Shown: positions 8,843 to 17,968 of the stretch, piece by piece
Position numbering within the stretch: position 1 is the stretch's first letter
Layout: every line of letters begins with the position of its first letter
Position numbers and translations under genes: made by a program
Origin: Gaiellaceae bacterium
Lineage (GTDB): Bacteria > Actinomycetota > Thermoleophilia > Gaiellales > Gaiellaceae
Length of the DNA stretch: 64,000 bases
Assembly (NCBI GenBank): GCA_050697555.1
Contig: JBOHAD010000002.1
Span: 10,464-74,463 of the forward strand
Reading direction: 5' to 3'
The notes under the pieces: generated by a model
The model's input: only the letters and a program-made list of their open reading frames with translations
The model's database searches: none
What the model was told of the DNA's origin: nothing

Positions 8843-9307
8843 TCAGTCGGCCTGGGCCTTGCCTTCGTGTACGACGTCCACCGTCCCGGTGGCGAAGTTC
8901 GCCGATCCGGACGCGCCCGGGTGGCCGCCCCCCTTGAGATCGACATACGCGCCCGTCCCGGCGGCGAACCGCCAGTGGCCGGCGAAGAAGGTCGCCGTCG
9001 TCGCTGACGTCCACCGAACGACCGCTTGCCCCGCAACTGTGATCGTCCCGTTGCTGCCTGACAACGTCTTGATCACGTGGATGGTCTCGCCGACGAGGCG
9101 GAACGAGACCACGGAGGTACCCGAGTCCGTCACGGCGCCGGAGATCGTGAAGGTCCCGGCGGTCGAGTTCGGGCCGGTGAAGACCTCGTGCGTCTCGATC
9201 CTGACGGGGTCCGGCGCGCTCGCTGCCACGCCCAGGGGCGCAGCCAGAGCAAGAGCGCCCACCCCGACGAGCACGGCGATTCGTGCCCTCATACGTGTGA
9301 TCTTCAT
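8843..9307 (-). CDS. secreted hypothetical protein
   Basis: Signal peptide (ARIAVLVGVGALALAAPLGVAAS) followed by a beta-rich Thr/Gly/Val mature part. Confidence 0.7.
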   Translation of the reverse strand: MKITRMRARIAVLVGVGALALAAPLGVAASAPDPVRIETHEVFTGPNSTAGTFTISGAVTDSGTSVVSFRLVGETIHVIKTLSGSNGTITVAGQAVVRWTSATTATFFAGHWRFAAGTGAYVDLKGGGHPGASGSANFATGTVDVVHEGKAQAD

Positions 9308-9410
9308 CGTTGATCCTTTCGCTCGTCGACCACCAAACTGAGGGCGAGGGAGGCCGCCGCGCCGGAGGGCCAGCGTGGCGGCCGTACACCTCGCCGGGAG
9401 AAGCCGTGTG

Positions 9411-9713
9411 TCAGGCGTCCGACCTGCATCGACCTTCCCGTGCTATCGGGCGGCCGGGCGGGCCACGTCGTGCGGGCCGATCCGGTGGCGGCGCCTGGCC
9501 AGAGCCGTTCCCACCGCCACAGCCGCTCCCGCGGTGCCGATCCCGATCCCGACGCCCGCGTCGCTCCAGTCGAAGCCCTCGACCCGCACCTGCCGGGGCC
9601 GGGCTGGACGGAGCGGCTCCGCCGCCCTCGTCGGGCACGGCCTGCACGGGCGCCGAGAAGAGCGCCGCCAGGGCGAGCCCGAGCGCGAGTCCGCTGACCT
9701 TCCTGCCCGTCAT
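9411..9713 (-). CDS. small secreted protein, probably frameshifted (alternative frame gives an FDWSDAGVGIG TM anchor plus RRRHR tail ending at 9443)
   Basis: Good signal peptide (LALGLALAALFSAPVQA) and a promoter-like element upstream. After about 40 codons the listed frame turns Arg/Gly junk. The +1 frame encodes a classic C-terminal anchor. Confidence 0.4.
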   Translation of the reverse strand: MTGRKVSGLALGLALAALFSAPVQAVPDEGGGAAPSSPAPAGAGRGLRLERRGRRDRDRHRGSGCGGGNGSGQAPPPDRPARRGPPGRPIAREGRCRSDA

Positions 9714-9739
9714 GTCCGACCTTCTTGCTCGTGGGACCG

Positions 9740-9780
9740 TTGCGAGGCTAGGAAGAGGGGCTCAAAATCGGCTCAACGTG
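9740..9780 (-). promoter_or_regulatory. conserved upstream element, copy 2
   Basis: See 8409..8450. It lies 27-67 nt upstream of the ATG at 9713 on the minus strand. Confidence 0.4.
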
Positions 9781-9807
9781 AACGTTCGGCGGCAGCTCTC
9801 TCGAAAG

Positions 9808-12800
9808 ATGCCCGGCGCCGGCAAGGGGTCGCCGGAGCTTTGCTTGCTCGGCCCGCTCGAAGTGCGTCGAGCGGGCCAACCGCTTCCGCTCGGAGGCGCG
9901 CACGCCCGCGCCCTCCTTGCGCTCCTCTCGCTTCACCGAGGGACGGTCGTCTCGGTGGATCGGATCGTCGACGGGGTCTGGGGCGAGTCGCCGCCGCAGA
10001 CCGCGCGGCACATGGTGGAGGTGTACGTCTCCAAGCTCCGCAAGCTGCTCGGCGCAGACGTGCTGGCGACGCGCGCTCCCGGCTATCTCCTCCGAGTCGA
10101 TCCGGAATATGTTGACATCGCACGCTTCGAGAGGCTGCTCTCCGAGGGGAGGGATGCCCTCGGTGAGGGCGACGCGGCGGTCGCCGCCTCCAAGCTCACG
10201 GGTGGGCTCAGCCTCTGGCGCGGCCCGCCTCTGGCCGATTTCGCCTACGAGCCGTTCGCCCAGGCGGAGATCGCCCGCTTGGAGGAATTGCGGCTGCTGG
10301 CCGAGGAGGAACGGGTCGAGGCGGAGCTGGAGCTCGGCAAGGGCGCGGAGCTGGTCGCGGAACTCGAGGAACTGGTCGTCGGAGCTCCCTTCCGTGAGCG
10401 CTTTCGCGGGCAGCTCATGCTCGCCCTCTACCGGGCGGGCCGCCAGGCGGAGGCTCTCGCCGCATATCGAGCCGCGCGGGAGACGTTGGTCGAGGAACTC
10501 GGCGTCGAGCCGAGCCCAGAGCTTCGCAAGCTCGAACGGGCGATCCTCGGTCAGGAGGAATCGCTCATCGGCCCTCGCGCGCTCGATCGTCGGACGCCCG
10601 AGGGGCGCGAAACACGCAGGGTCGTCACGATCGTCTTCGTCGACCTCGCCGCCGGCGAGGCCGAGCGCGACCCGGAGGCGCTTCGTCCCGTGATGACCCG
10701 GTTGCTCGAGCGCGCCGAGGAGGTATTCCAGCGGTTCGGCGCCACCGTGGAGCAAGTGCCCGGCGGCACCGTCATGGCCGTCTTCGGCAGCCCCGTCGCA
10801 CACGAGGACGACGCCGTACGGAGCTTGTACGCAGTGGCCGAGCTGCGAGAGCTCGGAGTTGTCTCCCGTGCAGCCGTGGATACCGGCGAGGTCCTGGCCG
10901 GCCCCGAACCGGTCGTGCGCGGTCCGGTGGTTCGGGCGGCAGCCCAGCTTCTCGCCTTCGCTTCGCCGGACGAGGTGCTCGCCGGCGAGCTGACCCGTCG
11001 GCTCGCAGCCCATTCAGCACAGTTCGAAGCCGCTGACCTCGACGACGCCAACGCTTGGCGCCTGGTGGACGTCATGTCTGGCGCCGCACCGCGCCCCCTC
11101 CTCCTCGACACACCCGTCGTCGGACGCAGGAAGGAGCTCGCCGAGCTGCGTGAGGCCCTGGCCCGAGCCGTTCACGAGCGGCGTCCCAACCTCGTCACGG
11201 TCGTCGGCGAGGCCGGCATCGGTAAGTCTCGCCTTGCACGAGAGTTTGGCGAGACGGCAGAGTCCGAGGCGCGCGTCCTCACAGGACGTTGCCAGGCGTA
11301 CGGCGAGGGCATCACGTATTGGCCCCTTCACGAGATGATCCGCGAGCTCGCGCCGGATGAGACCGTTCAGGCGCTCAACGCGCTCGTCGCGGAACTTGCC
11401 GATGGTGAGCGGATCGCTCGGCGCCTCGCAGCCACCGTCGGGCTCGTCGAAGACGTTTATCCCGTCGAGGAGGTCCGCTGGGCGGCCCGCCGATTGTTCG
11501 AGCAGCTCGCAGGCGAGCGCCCACTCATTCTCGTCTTCGAGGACGTGCACTGGGCTGAGCCGAGCTTTCTGGATCTCGTTCAACACGTTTTCGAGGTCGG
11601 CAACGACGCTCCGATTCTCCTCGTCTGTCTCGCGCGGCCAGAAATATTGGAAGGGCAGCCGGATGGCCTTCAGACGATCCTCACTCTTGAGGCTCTGAGC
11701 CCCTCCGAGGCCGAGGAGCTCGTCTCGAGACTCGACCCGGCCGCGACGCTCCTTCGCGATCAGCGCGCACAAGTCCTCGCTGCGGCCGAGGGAAATCCGC
11801 TCTTCCTCGAGCAGCTCGTCGCCTTCGCTGGGGAGAAGACCTCGCAGGCACACGATCTCGACGTTCCCCCGACGCTCCAGGCGCTCCTCGCCGCCCGCCT
11901 AGATCTCCTCGGCCCGGGCGAGCGGACGGTCGTGGAATGCGCAGCGGTCGTTGGGCGGGAGTTCTGGGTCGGCGCAGTTGCGGAGCTCCTCCCGCCCAAG
12001 CTTCGAACGACGCTTCTCAGGCACCTCGACGCTCTCCAGAGGAAGGAGCTCCTCGAGCCGGAACCATCGGCGCTTCCGTCTGAGCGCGCCTTTCGGTTCC
12101 GCCATGTCCTCATCCAGGAGGCGGCCTACCGCTCGCTGCCCAAGGAACGGCGGGGCGAGCTACACGAGCGCTTCGCCGGCTGGCTGGACGGAACGGCTGC
12201 GGCCGGAGGCGGGGACCAGGACGAGATCGTCGGCTACCACCTCGAGCAGGCCTACGAGTGCAGGACGGAGCTGGGCCTCGCAGACGACAGCGCGCGGGCG
12301 CTGGCGCTTGGCTCCGGCGAGAAGCTAAGCGCTGCGGCTGGACACGCGCTCGCCCGAAACGACCTGCCGGCCGCGGTGAATCTTCTTATGAGGGCCACCT
12401 CCCTCTACGAGGCGGGCGGTAGACCGCGCCTCGACCTGCTCGTCGACCTCGGAGCGGCGCTCTTCCCGTTGGGAGAAGGGCGGCGGGCTCTCGCCGTCCT
12501 CGACGAGGCGCTCGGGGCGGCGCACGCGTCCGGCGAGCCGGCGCTCGAATGGCGCGCGAGGCTGGAGCGGGATTACGTCGTCTCTCACCTCGAGCCGGGT
12601 GTCCTCTCGGTCGAGGAGGGTCTCCGCACGGCCGAGCGCGCGGTTCAGGCACTCGAGCGCCTCAGCGATCACCGCGCGCTCGCGCGCGCATGGCGGTCGG
12701 TGACCCAGCAGCGTTTCTGGCTGGGGAAGATCGAGAGCTCGCTGGACGCTTCGGAGCGTGCGCTCGATTACGCACGGCGCGTGGGTGACCGCCAAGGGGA

Positions 12801-13572
12801 GATCTGGACGCTTCGCACCCGCATCATGGCTCTCTGGACGGGACCGACGCCGGCGGCCGAGGCCGCCCGGGGCTGCGAGGAGTTACTGGCGGCTGCGGAG
12901 AACGAGGAGGTCGTTGCGTGCGCGCTCGAGAATCTCGGCGGACTCCGCGCCATGCAGGGCCGATTGGAAGAGGCGCGCCACCTCGTCGACAGCTCCGCCG
13001 CCATCTACGAGGAGCTCGGCCTCACGATGCGCCGGGCGTTCTCCATCGGCCTCCACAGAACCGAGGTGCACACGCTGAGCGGAGACTTCGTAGCCGCGGA
13101 GCACGACCTCCGGAACGCAATTGAGCTTTTCGAGTCGATTGGCGACAAGGCGACGCGCTCACTCGCCACCGCCTGGCTGGCCGACACGCTCTACGCCGTC
13201 GGCCGCTACTCGGAGGCCGAGCGGCACGTAGAGATGGGAGAACAGCTTGCGGTCGTCGACGACTACGCGGCCAACTCGAAGCTTCGGTCGGTTCGGGCGA
13301 AGATCCTGGCCCGCCGCGGTGAGTTCCAACGCGCGAAGGCCGCCGTGGAAGAAGCGGTCGGAATCGCCGACGCGACTGACGACCTCGATTCGCGCGGTGC
13401 GCTGTGGATGGACAAGGCAGAGGTCCTCCAGCTCGCAGGCGAACGGGAGGGCGCAGCGTCGTGCCTCGACCGGGCAATCGAGCTGCTCGAGCAAAAGGGC
13501 AATGTCGTGATGGCCGGGCGCGCTCGAGCGAACCTCGCTGAACTGCACGCAGCCGCTGCCTCTTCCCGCTGA
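9808..13572 (+). CDS. SARP/BTAD transcriptional regulator fused to a class III cyclase-homology domain, P-loop ATPase and TPR region
   Basis: OmpR-type wHTH plus BTAD (LLGPLEV, WGE.PP, LWRGPPLADF, LMLALYRAGRQAEAL). Cyclase-like VVTIVFVDL...GGTVMAVFGSPVAHEDDA. Walker A GEAGIGKSRL. Helical repeats to the C-terminus. ORF residues before the ATG at 9808 are junk. Confidence 0.85.
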   Translation: MPGAGKGSPELCLLGPLEVRRAGQPLPLGGAHARALLALLSLHRGTVVSVDRIVDGVWGESPPQTARHMVEVYVSKLRKLLGADVLATRAPGYLLRVDPEYVDIARFERLLSEGRDALGEGDAAVAASKLTGGLSLWRGPPLADFAYEPFAQAEIARLEELRLLAEEERVEAELELGKGAELVAELEELVVGAPFRERFRGQLMLALYRAGRQAEALAAYRAARETLVEELGVEPSPELRKLERAILGQEESLIGPRALDRRTPEGRETRRVVTIVFVDLAAGEAERDPEALRPVMTRLLERAEEVFQRFGATVEQVPGGTVMAVFGSPVAHEDDAVRSLYAVAELRELGVVSRAAVDTGEVLAGPEPVVRGPVVRAAAQLLAFASPDEVLAGELTRRLAAHSAQFEAADLDDANAWRLVDVMSGAAPRPLLLDTPVVGRRKELAELREALARAVHERRPNLVTVVGEAGIGKSRLAREFGETAESEARVLTGRCQAYGEGITYWPLHEMIRELAPDETVQALNALVAELADGERIARRLAATVGLVEDVYPVEEVRWAARRLFEQLAGERPLILVFEDVHWAEPSFLDLVQHVFEVGNDAPILLVCLARPEILEGQPDGLQTILTLEALSPSEAEELVSRLDPAATLLRDQRAQVLAAAEGNPLFLEQLVAFAGEKTSQAHDLDVPPTLQALLAARLDLLGPGERTVVECAAVVGREFWVGAVAELLPPKLRTTLLRHLDALQRKELLEPEPSALPSERAFRFRHVLIQEAAYRSLPKERRGELHERFAGWLDGTAAAGGGDQDEIVGYHLEQAYECRTELGLADDSARALALGSGEKLSAAAGHALARNDLPAAVNLLMRATSLYEAGGRPRLDLLVDLGAALFPLGEGRRALAVLDEALGAAHASGEPALEWRARLERDYVVSHLEPGVLSVEEGLRTAERAVQALERLSDHRALARAWRSVTQQRFWLGKIESSLDASERALDYARRVGDRQGEIWTLRTRIMALWTGPTPAAEAARGCEELLAAAENEEVVACALENLGGLRAMQGRLEEARHLVDSSAAIYEELGLTMRRAFSIGLHRTEVHTLSGDFVAAEHDLRNAIELFESIGDKATRSLATAWLADTLYAVGRYSEAERHVEMGEQLAVVDDYAANSKLRSVRAKILARRGEFQRAKAAVEEAVGIADATDDLDSRGALWMDKAEVLQLAGEREGAASCLDRAIELLEQKGNVVMAGRARANLAELHAAAASSR

Positions 13573-13621
13573 AAGGGACCGCCTCGGCTGCGCAGGCTGC
13601 GCCATCGACGACATACCGCTC

Positions 13622-13828
13622 CTAGGGCACGGGGGAAGTCAGTGCCAGTCGGGAGCAATGTCTTTTCGGCGCCAGTTGCCCGTCGCTGAGCGGCAATCTG
13701 CGCAGGTCGGGGACGACCACGTCGGCAGAATCGCCGAGCAGTGGAGTCACCGCGCGGTAGTCGGCGCGGTCCCCCGGCCAGCCGTGAAGCAAAACCACGG
13801 GAGGCCCGGAACCTGCCTTAGTGCTCAT
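13622..13828 (-). pseudogene. N-terminal fragment of an alpha/beta hydrolase (epoxide hydrolase-like)
   Basis: PPVVLLHGWPGDRADYRAVTPLLGDSADVVVPDLR, then a stop after 68 codons. The nucleophile and rest of the fold are missing. Confidence 0.55.
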
Positions 13829-13915
13829 GGCCGGAAGTCCTGTCCGAGTCAGACGGCGACTCGCATCGAACCGTCGCGCGACCTGGTCGCAAGTGGGCTC
13901 GATATAACGTGTCGG

Positions 13916-14266
13916 GTGACGATCAGAAGGGCAGTCCCGAACATCAGAGCCAATCTGCCCGCCGAGACGCGCGACTTCTTCGTAGACCTGCTCGGCTTCG
14001 AGGTGGCGATGGACATGGGCTGGATCGTGACCGTCGTCTCCCCGAGCGATCCTGCGGTCCAGGTGAGCATCATCGGCAACAACGATCCGGCCGCGCCCGG
14101 CATCTCGGTCGAGGTGGCCGACGTGGATGCGGTCCACGCCAAGGCACTGGAGCGGGGCCTCGAGATCGCCTATCCCCTGCAGGACGAGGAATGGGGAGTC
14201 CGGCGGTTCATGCTTCGCGAGCCGAGCGGCACGATCGTCAACGTCCTCTCCCACCGCTCCGATTGA
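13916..14266 (+). CDS. VOC (glyoxalase/bleomycin-resistance) family protein
   Basis: 116 aa from GTG 13916: FFVDLLGFEV...VEVADVDAVHAKALERGLEI..PLQDEEWGVRRFMLREPSGTIVNV. Confidence 0.8.
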   Translation: MTIRRAVPNIRANLPAETRDFFVDLLGFEVAMDMGWIVTVVSPSDPAVQVSIIGNNDPAAPGISVEVADVDAVHAKALERGLEIAYPLQDEEWGVRRFMLREPSGTIVNVLSHRSD

Positions 14267-14283
14267 GCGGCGCTTGCCGCGGC

Positions 14284-14557
14284 TCAGGCTGCGAGCCGGA
14301 GCTCGGGCTGGTGGGCGGCCAGCCTGTCGACCAACGCGGCGAGCTGCTCGCGGGTGAAGTTCCACTCAAAGGGCTCGGCGACCGCGGCAGACCTCGCGGA
14401 ATTCCGCGAGCGTGTAGTGGCTGCGCTCACGGGCAGCCTGACCGATGGCCAGGGCTTCGTCGTCCCCTGCGGAGGGATAGCGGGCGGCGTACTCCGGCAC
14501 TCGCCCGATCCGAATTGCAATGTGACCTCCGGCGTCGGCTGCACCGTAATTACCCAC
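14284..14557 (-). pseudogene. unidentified gene relic split over two frames
   Basis: VGNYGAADAGGHIAIRIGRVPEYAARYPSAGDDEALAIGQAARE... runs in one frame. It continues as ...EPFEWNFTREQLAALVDRLAAHQPE in another, with the shift near 14366. Confidence 0.3.
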
Positions 14558-14578
14558 GCCGAATCGGCGCTTCGAGGC

Positions 14579-17254
14579 CTACGAGCGGGCGCTGCGAACA
14601 GCCTTGAGCACCCCAATTATGGCCTTGGCCGCATCCTTGAAGCTCGCGTTCGCGCGCACCATGTCCTGATCAGTAGGGTCCGTGCCGATGTGGGCGAAGG
14701 TGCGGTTGCAGCGCAGGTCGTGCAACGTCTGCAAATTAGCGACCTGCTTCGAGAGCTTGGTGCTGCCGAGGGCGGTGATCAGCGCGCCGTAGTCAGGCTT
14801 CGTCTCGTCGGCGCGAATCTGGCTCTTGATGTTCTCGCTGTCCCCGATCTCGAGATAGGCGGCACGCGTAAGCCGCTCGGAGATGATGTCGAGGTTCTCG
14901 AGCTGGCCCGGCCGACCTGATTGGCCTCGGTCGCGCTCCTTCGCCCACAACCCGGCGTGCCGAAAGATCCAGTCCTTCTCGTCACCGTAGAGGACGGCAG
15001 GCGCGATACCCGGATCGAACCCGATCTCGTCGTACAGGCTCGCGAGCGCGACATCTTCGCCTAGTGCCACATTCGCCAGGGCTGCCGACAAATCAGCTCG
15101 AGCCTGCTGGTCGACCTCCTGGCTTTCGCCTTCGAGGAGGGCGACGAGGGCCGCCTGCTGCTCGGGCGTGATGTCGCCGAGGACGGATCCGCATGCCGAA
15201 CGCAACGCCGAGGCCGCCAGGCGGTGGATGTCCTTGTCGTCGTACTCGGCGTCGGGACCGACGTAGCCGAGGAGTGGATTGATGACGGCTGGTCGGCCCA
15301 CGGCCCCGAGCAGCGGCAGGAGCGCACTGACCTCGCTGCGGGAGGAGGCAGCCGCCAGCTCGCTCGTGAAGATCGAGCTCAGGTCGTCCAGTACCTGCGT
15401 TGCCTCACGGCCAAGTTGCCCACCGCCGGCGGCGATCTCGCGGAGATGGCCGATTAGGGGTTGGTCACGCGGCTTGACCTTGCCGATCGCCTGAATGCCC
15501 GCGCGCCGAAGCTCGGGGCGGCCTGACGTGAGCAGGTCGACAACGCCAGGCGGCAGCGTTCCTCCCTCGGGCGTCAACTCTGCGATCGCGGCCGTCGCCT
15601 GTGCTCGGCGCGCCGCATTATTCCTATGGACGTCGCCGACGATCGTCTCGAGGATCGGTTGCTGCGCGGCCGCCCCATGGGACACAACGAGCTTCGTGAG
15701 CTCGTCCTTTTCCGACGCTGAGAGAGCTACCCAGGCCTCCGCACCCCCGGCGAACGCGGCGTCAGGCGCGGACGGAGCCAGCGCCTCGGCAATGTCCAAG
15801 GCGAAGGCCCGCTGCTGAATCCCCGAAGCGGCCTGTACGACCTCGTCGTCACGGTCTTTGATCAGCTCGATGGCAAGCGCGCCGCGCTCAGCTCCCGCGC
15901 CGAGGAACTCGAATGCGTTCTCGACCTGGTCATCGGGAATCAGGAAGGCGACGTCGGTCGTGCCGATCAGGTCGCGCTGCCGTGCACCGAGGATGAGCTG
16001 CGTAGCAAGTACTGGGTCGCTGCCCAAGGCGGCGTCGAGCACGGCTTTGAACATCTGCCGCGTTTCGCCTGAATCGCCCTTACGTGGCCAGCGAATTGCG
16101 TCAATTTGCGCCTGGGTGTTCGCCGCCTCATCGTCTTCCACAACGGTCTGGATGCGGCTGTGGAGCGATTGGCCGACACGTTGCAGAAGAGGATCGTCTG
16201 GGCCCTGCCGCGCTTGCTTCAGTGCAAACGCGACAATCTCCACAGAGATCGTCGCAGGGGCGTTGTCGACGATGTATGCGGCGACGCTTTGCTGAAGGCC
16301 ATCCGCACTCCCGAGTGCCGCCAGGCGCCGCTTCCACTCGCTCTCGTCCCAGTTCGGCATTGATTCGGCGAGGACCCTCCACAAGTGGGGCTGGTGGGCA
16401 GCCGCCGTTGCGAACGCACGTGTGCGATCACGAGCGCCGTCAATGGTTTCGATCGCGCGCAGGAGAGCGCCGCTGCCAGGCGTGTCGGGAAGAGCCTCGC
16501 CGCCGAGCACGACTACGAGCCTCGCCGCATTGGCAACGAGGTTCTCGAGAGCGTCCGGGAAGGTGGTCGACTGCGCGAACCGCGGCGCCTGCTCGACTAG
16601 CCAGTCGAGCAGTGGTTCGAGCGACGGGGGCACGGTGGCCGCGCCCGGAGATGTGCGATCGAGGAAGGTCGTGACCTCGATCCAGGTTTCGCGTGTGGGG
16701 GTGGTCTCTGTCCGCTCGACCATGGCGGCGGCGGCTGCCTTGAGCAGCTTCGGGTCGCTCGCGCAGCGGAGGTACGCGCCCTCGCGCACGGTTTGGTTTG
16801 ATGCACTCGCAGGGGTCTCCTGCTTGACGGCGGCGAGCGCCAGGTCAGCGGCAACGCTGCTCTCTTGCTCGATCACCCACCGCTCCAGGACGCCACGCCC
16901 TGTCTCGTAGTGGTTCTGGGGAAACGGCACCTCGTCACGCAGACGGGCTGCGAGCCTCCGCGTCGCGGACTCGGGCAGCCGCGGTTGATGCTGACTGAGC
17001 GTCGTCACGATCTCGGCTGGAAGAGGATCGGCCATCGTCGAATCCACGATCTCGTCGACGACCATGGCCGTGAGAGCCGGGTGGTCGGCGCGCAGGATGC
17101 AATCGGCGACGATTGCGGCCAGACCGGCGTCGCGATAGCGCCAGAACGCCTCGACGACTTCGAGATGTCCCTGCTCGAGCGCCCGTTCAAGCACCTCCCG
17201 GCCGCTGGCGTCCTCAAGCCAGCGCGCGGCGGTGCTCTTCCTCGTGGGAGTCAT
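14579..17254 (-). CDS. large alpha-helical-repeat (HEAT/ARM-like) protein with HEPN-like C-terminal domain
   Basis: 891-aa uninterrupted ORF, helical and Ala/Leu-rich. The C-terminus contains LQTLHDLRCNRTFAHIG (an R-x6-H HEPN-type motif) in a roughly 120-aa helical module. Composition is slightly AT-richer than neighbouring genes. Confidence 0.6.
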   Translation of the reverse strand: MTPTRKSTAARWLEDASGREVLERALEQGHLEVVEAFWRYRDAGLAAIVADCILRADHPALTAMVVDEIVDSTMADPLPAEIVTTLSQHQPRLPESATRRLAARLRDEVPFPQNHYETGRGVLERWVIEQESSVAADLALAAVKQETPASASNQTVREGAYLRCASDPKLLKAAAAAMVERTETTPTRETWIEVTTFLDRTSPGAATVPPSLEPLLDWLVEQAPRFAQSTTFPDALENLVANAARLVVVLGGEALPDTPGSGALLRAIETIDGARDRTRAFATAAAHQPHLWRVLAESMPNWDESEWKRRLAALGSADGLQQSVAAYIVDNAPATISVEIVAFALKQARQGPDDPLLQRVGQSLHSRIQTVVEDDEAANTQAQIDAIRWPRKGDSGETRQMFKAVLDAALGSDPVLATQLILGARQRDLIGTTDVAFLIPDDQVENAFEFLGAGAERGALAIELIKDRDDEVVQAASGIQQRAFALDIAEALAPSAPDAAFAGGAEAWVALSASEKDELTKLVVSHGAAAQQPILETIVGDVHRNNAARRAQATAAIAELTPEGGTLPPGVVDLLTSGRPELRRAGIQAIGKVKPRDQPLIGHLREIAAGGGQLGREATQVLDDLSSIFTSELAAASSRSEVSALLPLLGAVGRPAVINPLLGYVGPDAEYDDKDIHRLAASALRSACGSVLGDITPEQQAALVALLEGESQEVDQQARADLSAALANVALGEDVALASLYDEIGFDPGIAPAVLYGDEKDWIFRHAGLWAKERDRGQSGRPGQLENLDIISERLTRAAYLEIGDSENIKSQIRADETKPDYGALITALGSTKLSKQVANLQTLHDLRCNRTFAHIGTDPTDQDMVRANASFKDAAKAIIGVLKAVRSARS

Positions 17255-17336
17255 GCCGTCAGGGTAAGCATTGGGCGAGCACTGCCCGGCGGATTTGCGC
17301 GGCCGTGCAATCGCCGCCGCGAAGCCGACTGTGCGC

Positions 17337-17573
17337 TCAGTGCTTCGTGTCCCTCGGCGGGTTCGGGTCGCGAGCCGGCTTCACCGTGTCCGAGTCCCGG
17401 ATGAGTCCACTCGGGCGGTGAATTCGCACTTCGCCTCCGCCCTGGTGTCCGGCATAGCCCTTCGCCGCCGCCTCGGCCTGGGTGGAGTGGTTGGAGCTCG
17501 CGCGCTTCGCGCCCTCAGCTTTCGCGTCCCAGCCGCCCTTCGGGTTGCGCGTGACGTGGTAGTTGCGTGCCAT
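17337..17573 (-). CDS. DUF2188 family protein
   Basis: YHVTRNPKGGWDAKAEGAKRASSNHSTQAEAAA...GGGEVRIHRPSGLIRDSDT matches the DUF2188 pattern. Confidence 0.8.
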   Translation of the reverse strand: MARNYHVTRNPKGGWDAKAEGAKRASSNHSTQAEAAAKGYAGHQGGGEVRIHRPSGLIRDSDTVKPARDPNPPRDTKH

Positions 17574-17737
17574 TGTCGTTCCCTCCAGTCGTCGGTCTCT
17601 ACCTCCACACGTTCCAGGTTACGGCGCGGGTCGGACGCACCCACGGCGTCGTTTGTCTGACGAGCGGCGTCGAGGTGAGGACCGTCCGACGCCGGTCCTA
17701 GGCTCCTCGCATCCCGCCTACTGAGAGGAGCAGCACG

Positions 17738-17950
17738 ATGGCCGAGATCAGTGTCCGCACCGACGAACTCCTGCCAGCGCGCGAGGCGAGCCGGTCGCTG
17801 GGCAAGGCGATCGACCGCCTGCTCGCCGGACAGGTCCAGAAGTACGTGATCGTGAACCGCAACCAGGTGCAGGCGGTCTTGCTCAGCGTCGACCGATATG
17901 CCGAGCTAGCGGACGAGCGCGCTGTCCTGGATGCTCGCCGAGCGGCCTGA
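17738..17950 (+). CDS. Phd/YefM-type antitoxin
   Basis: 70 aa. The AREASRSLGKAIDRLLAGQVQKYVIVNRNQVQAVLLSVDRYAEL pattern is typical of Phd/YefM. Confidence 0.75.
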   Translation: MAEISVRTDELLPAREASRSLGKAIDRLLAGQVQKYVIVNRNQVQAVLLSVDRYAELADERAVLDARRAA

Positions 17951-17968
17951 TCCCGGCAGACGCGGGCA

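Noticed and set aside
9310-9807. N-terminal 166 codons of the 1420-aa ORF
   Set aside because: The sequence is Arg/Pro/Gly/Ser-rich and overlaps the minus-strand signal-peptide gene and the conserved upstream element. The SARP wHTH begins right after the ATG at 9808.
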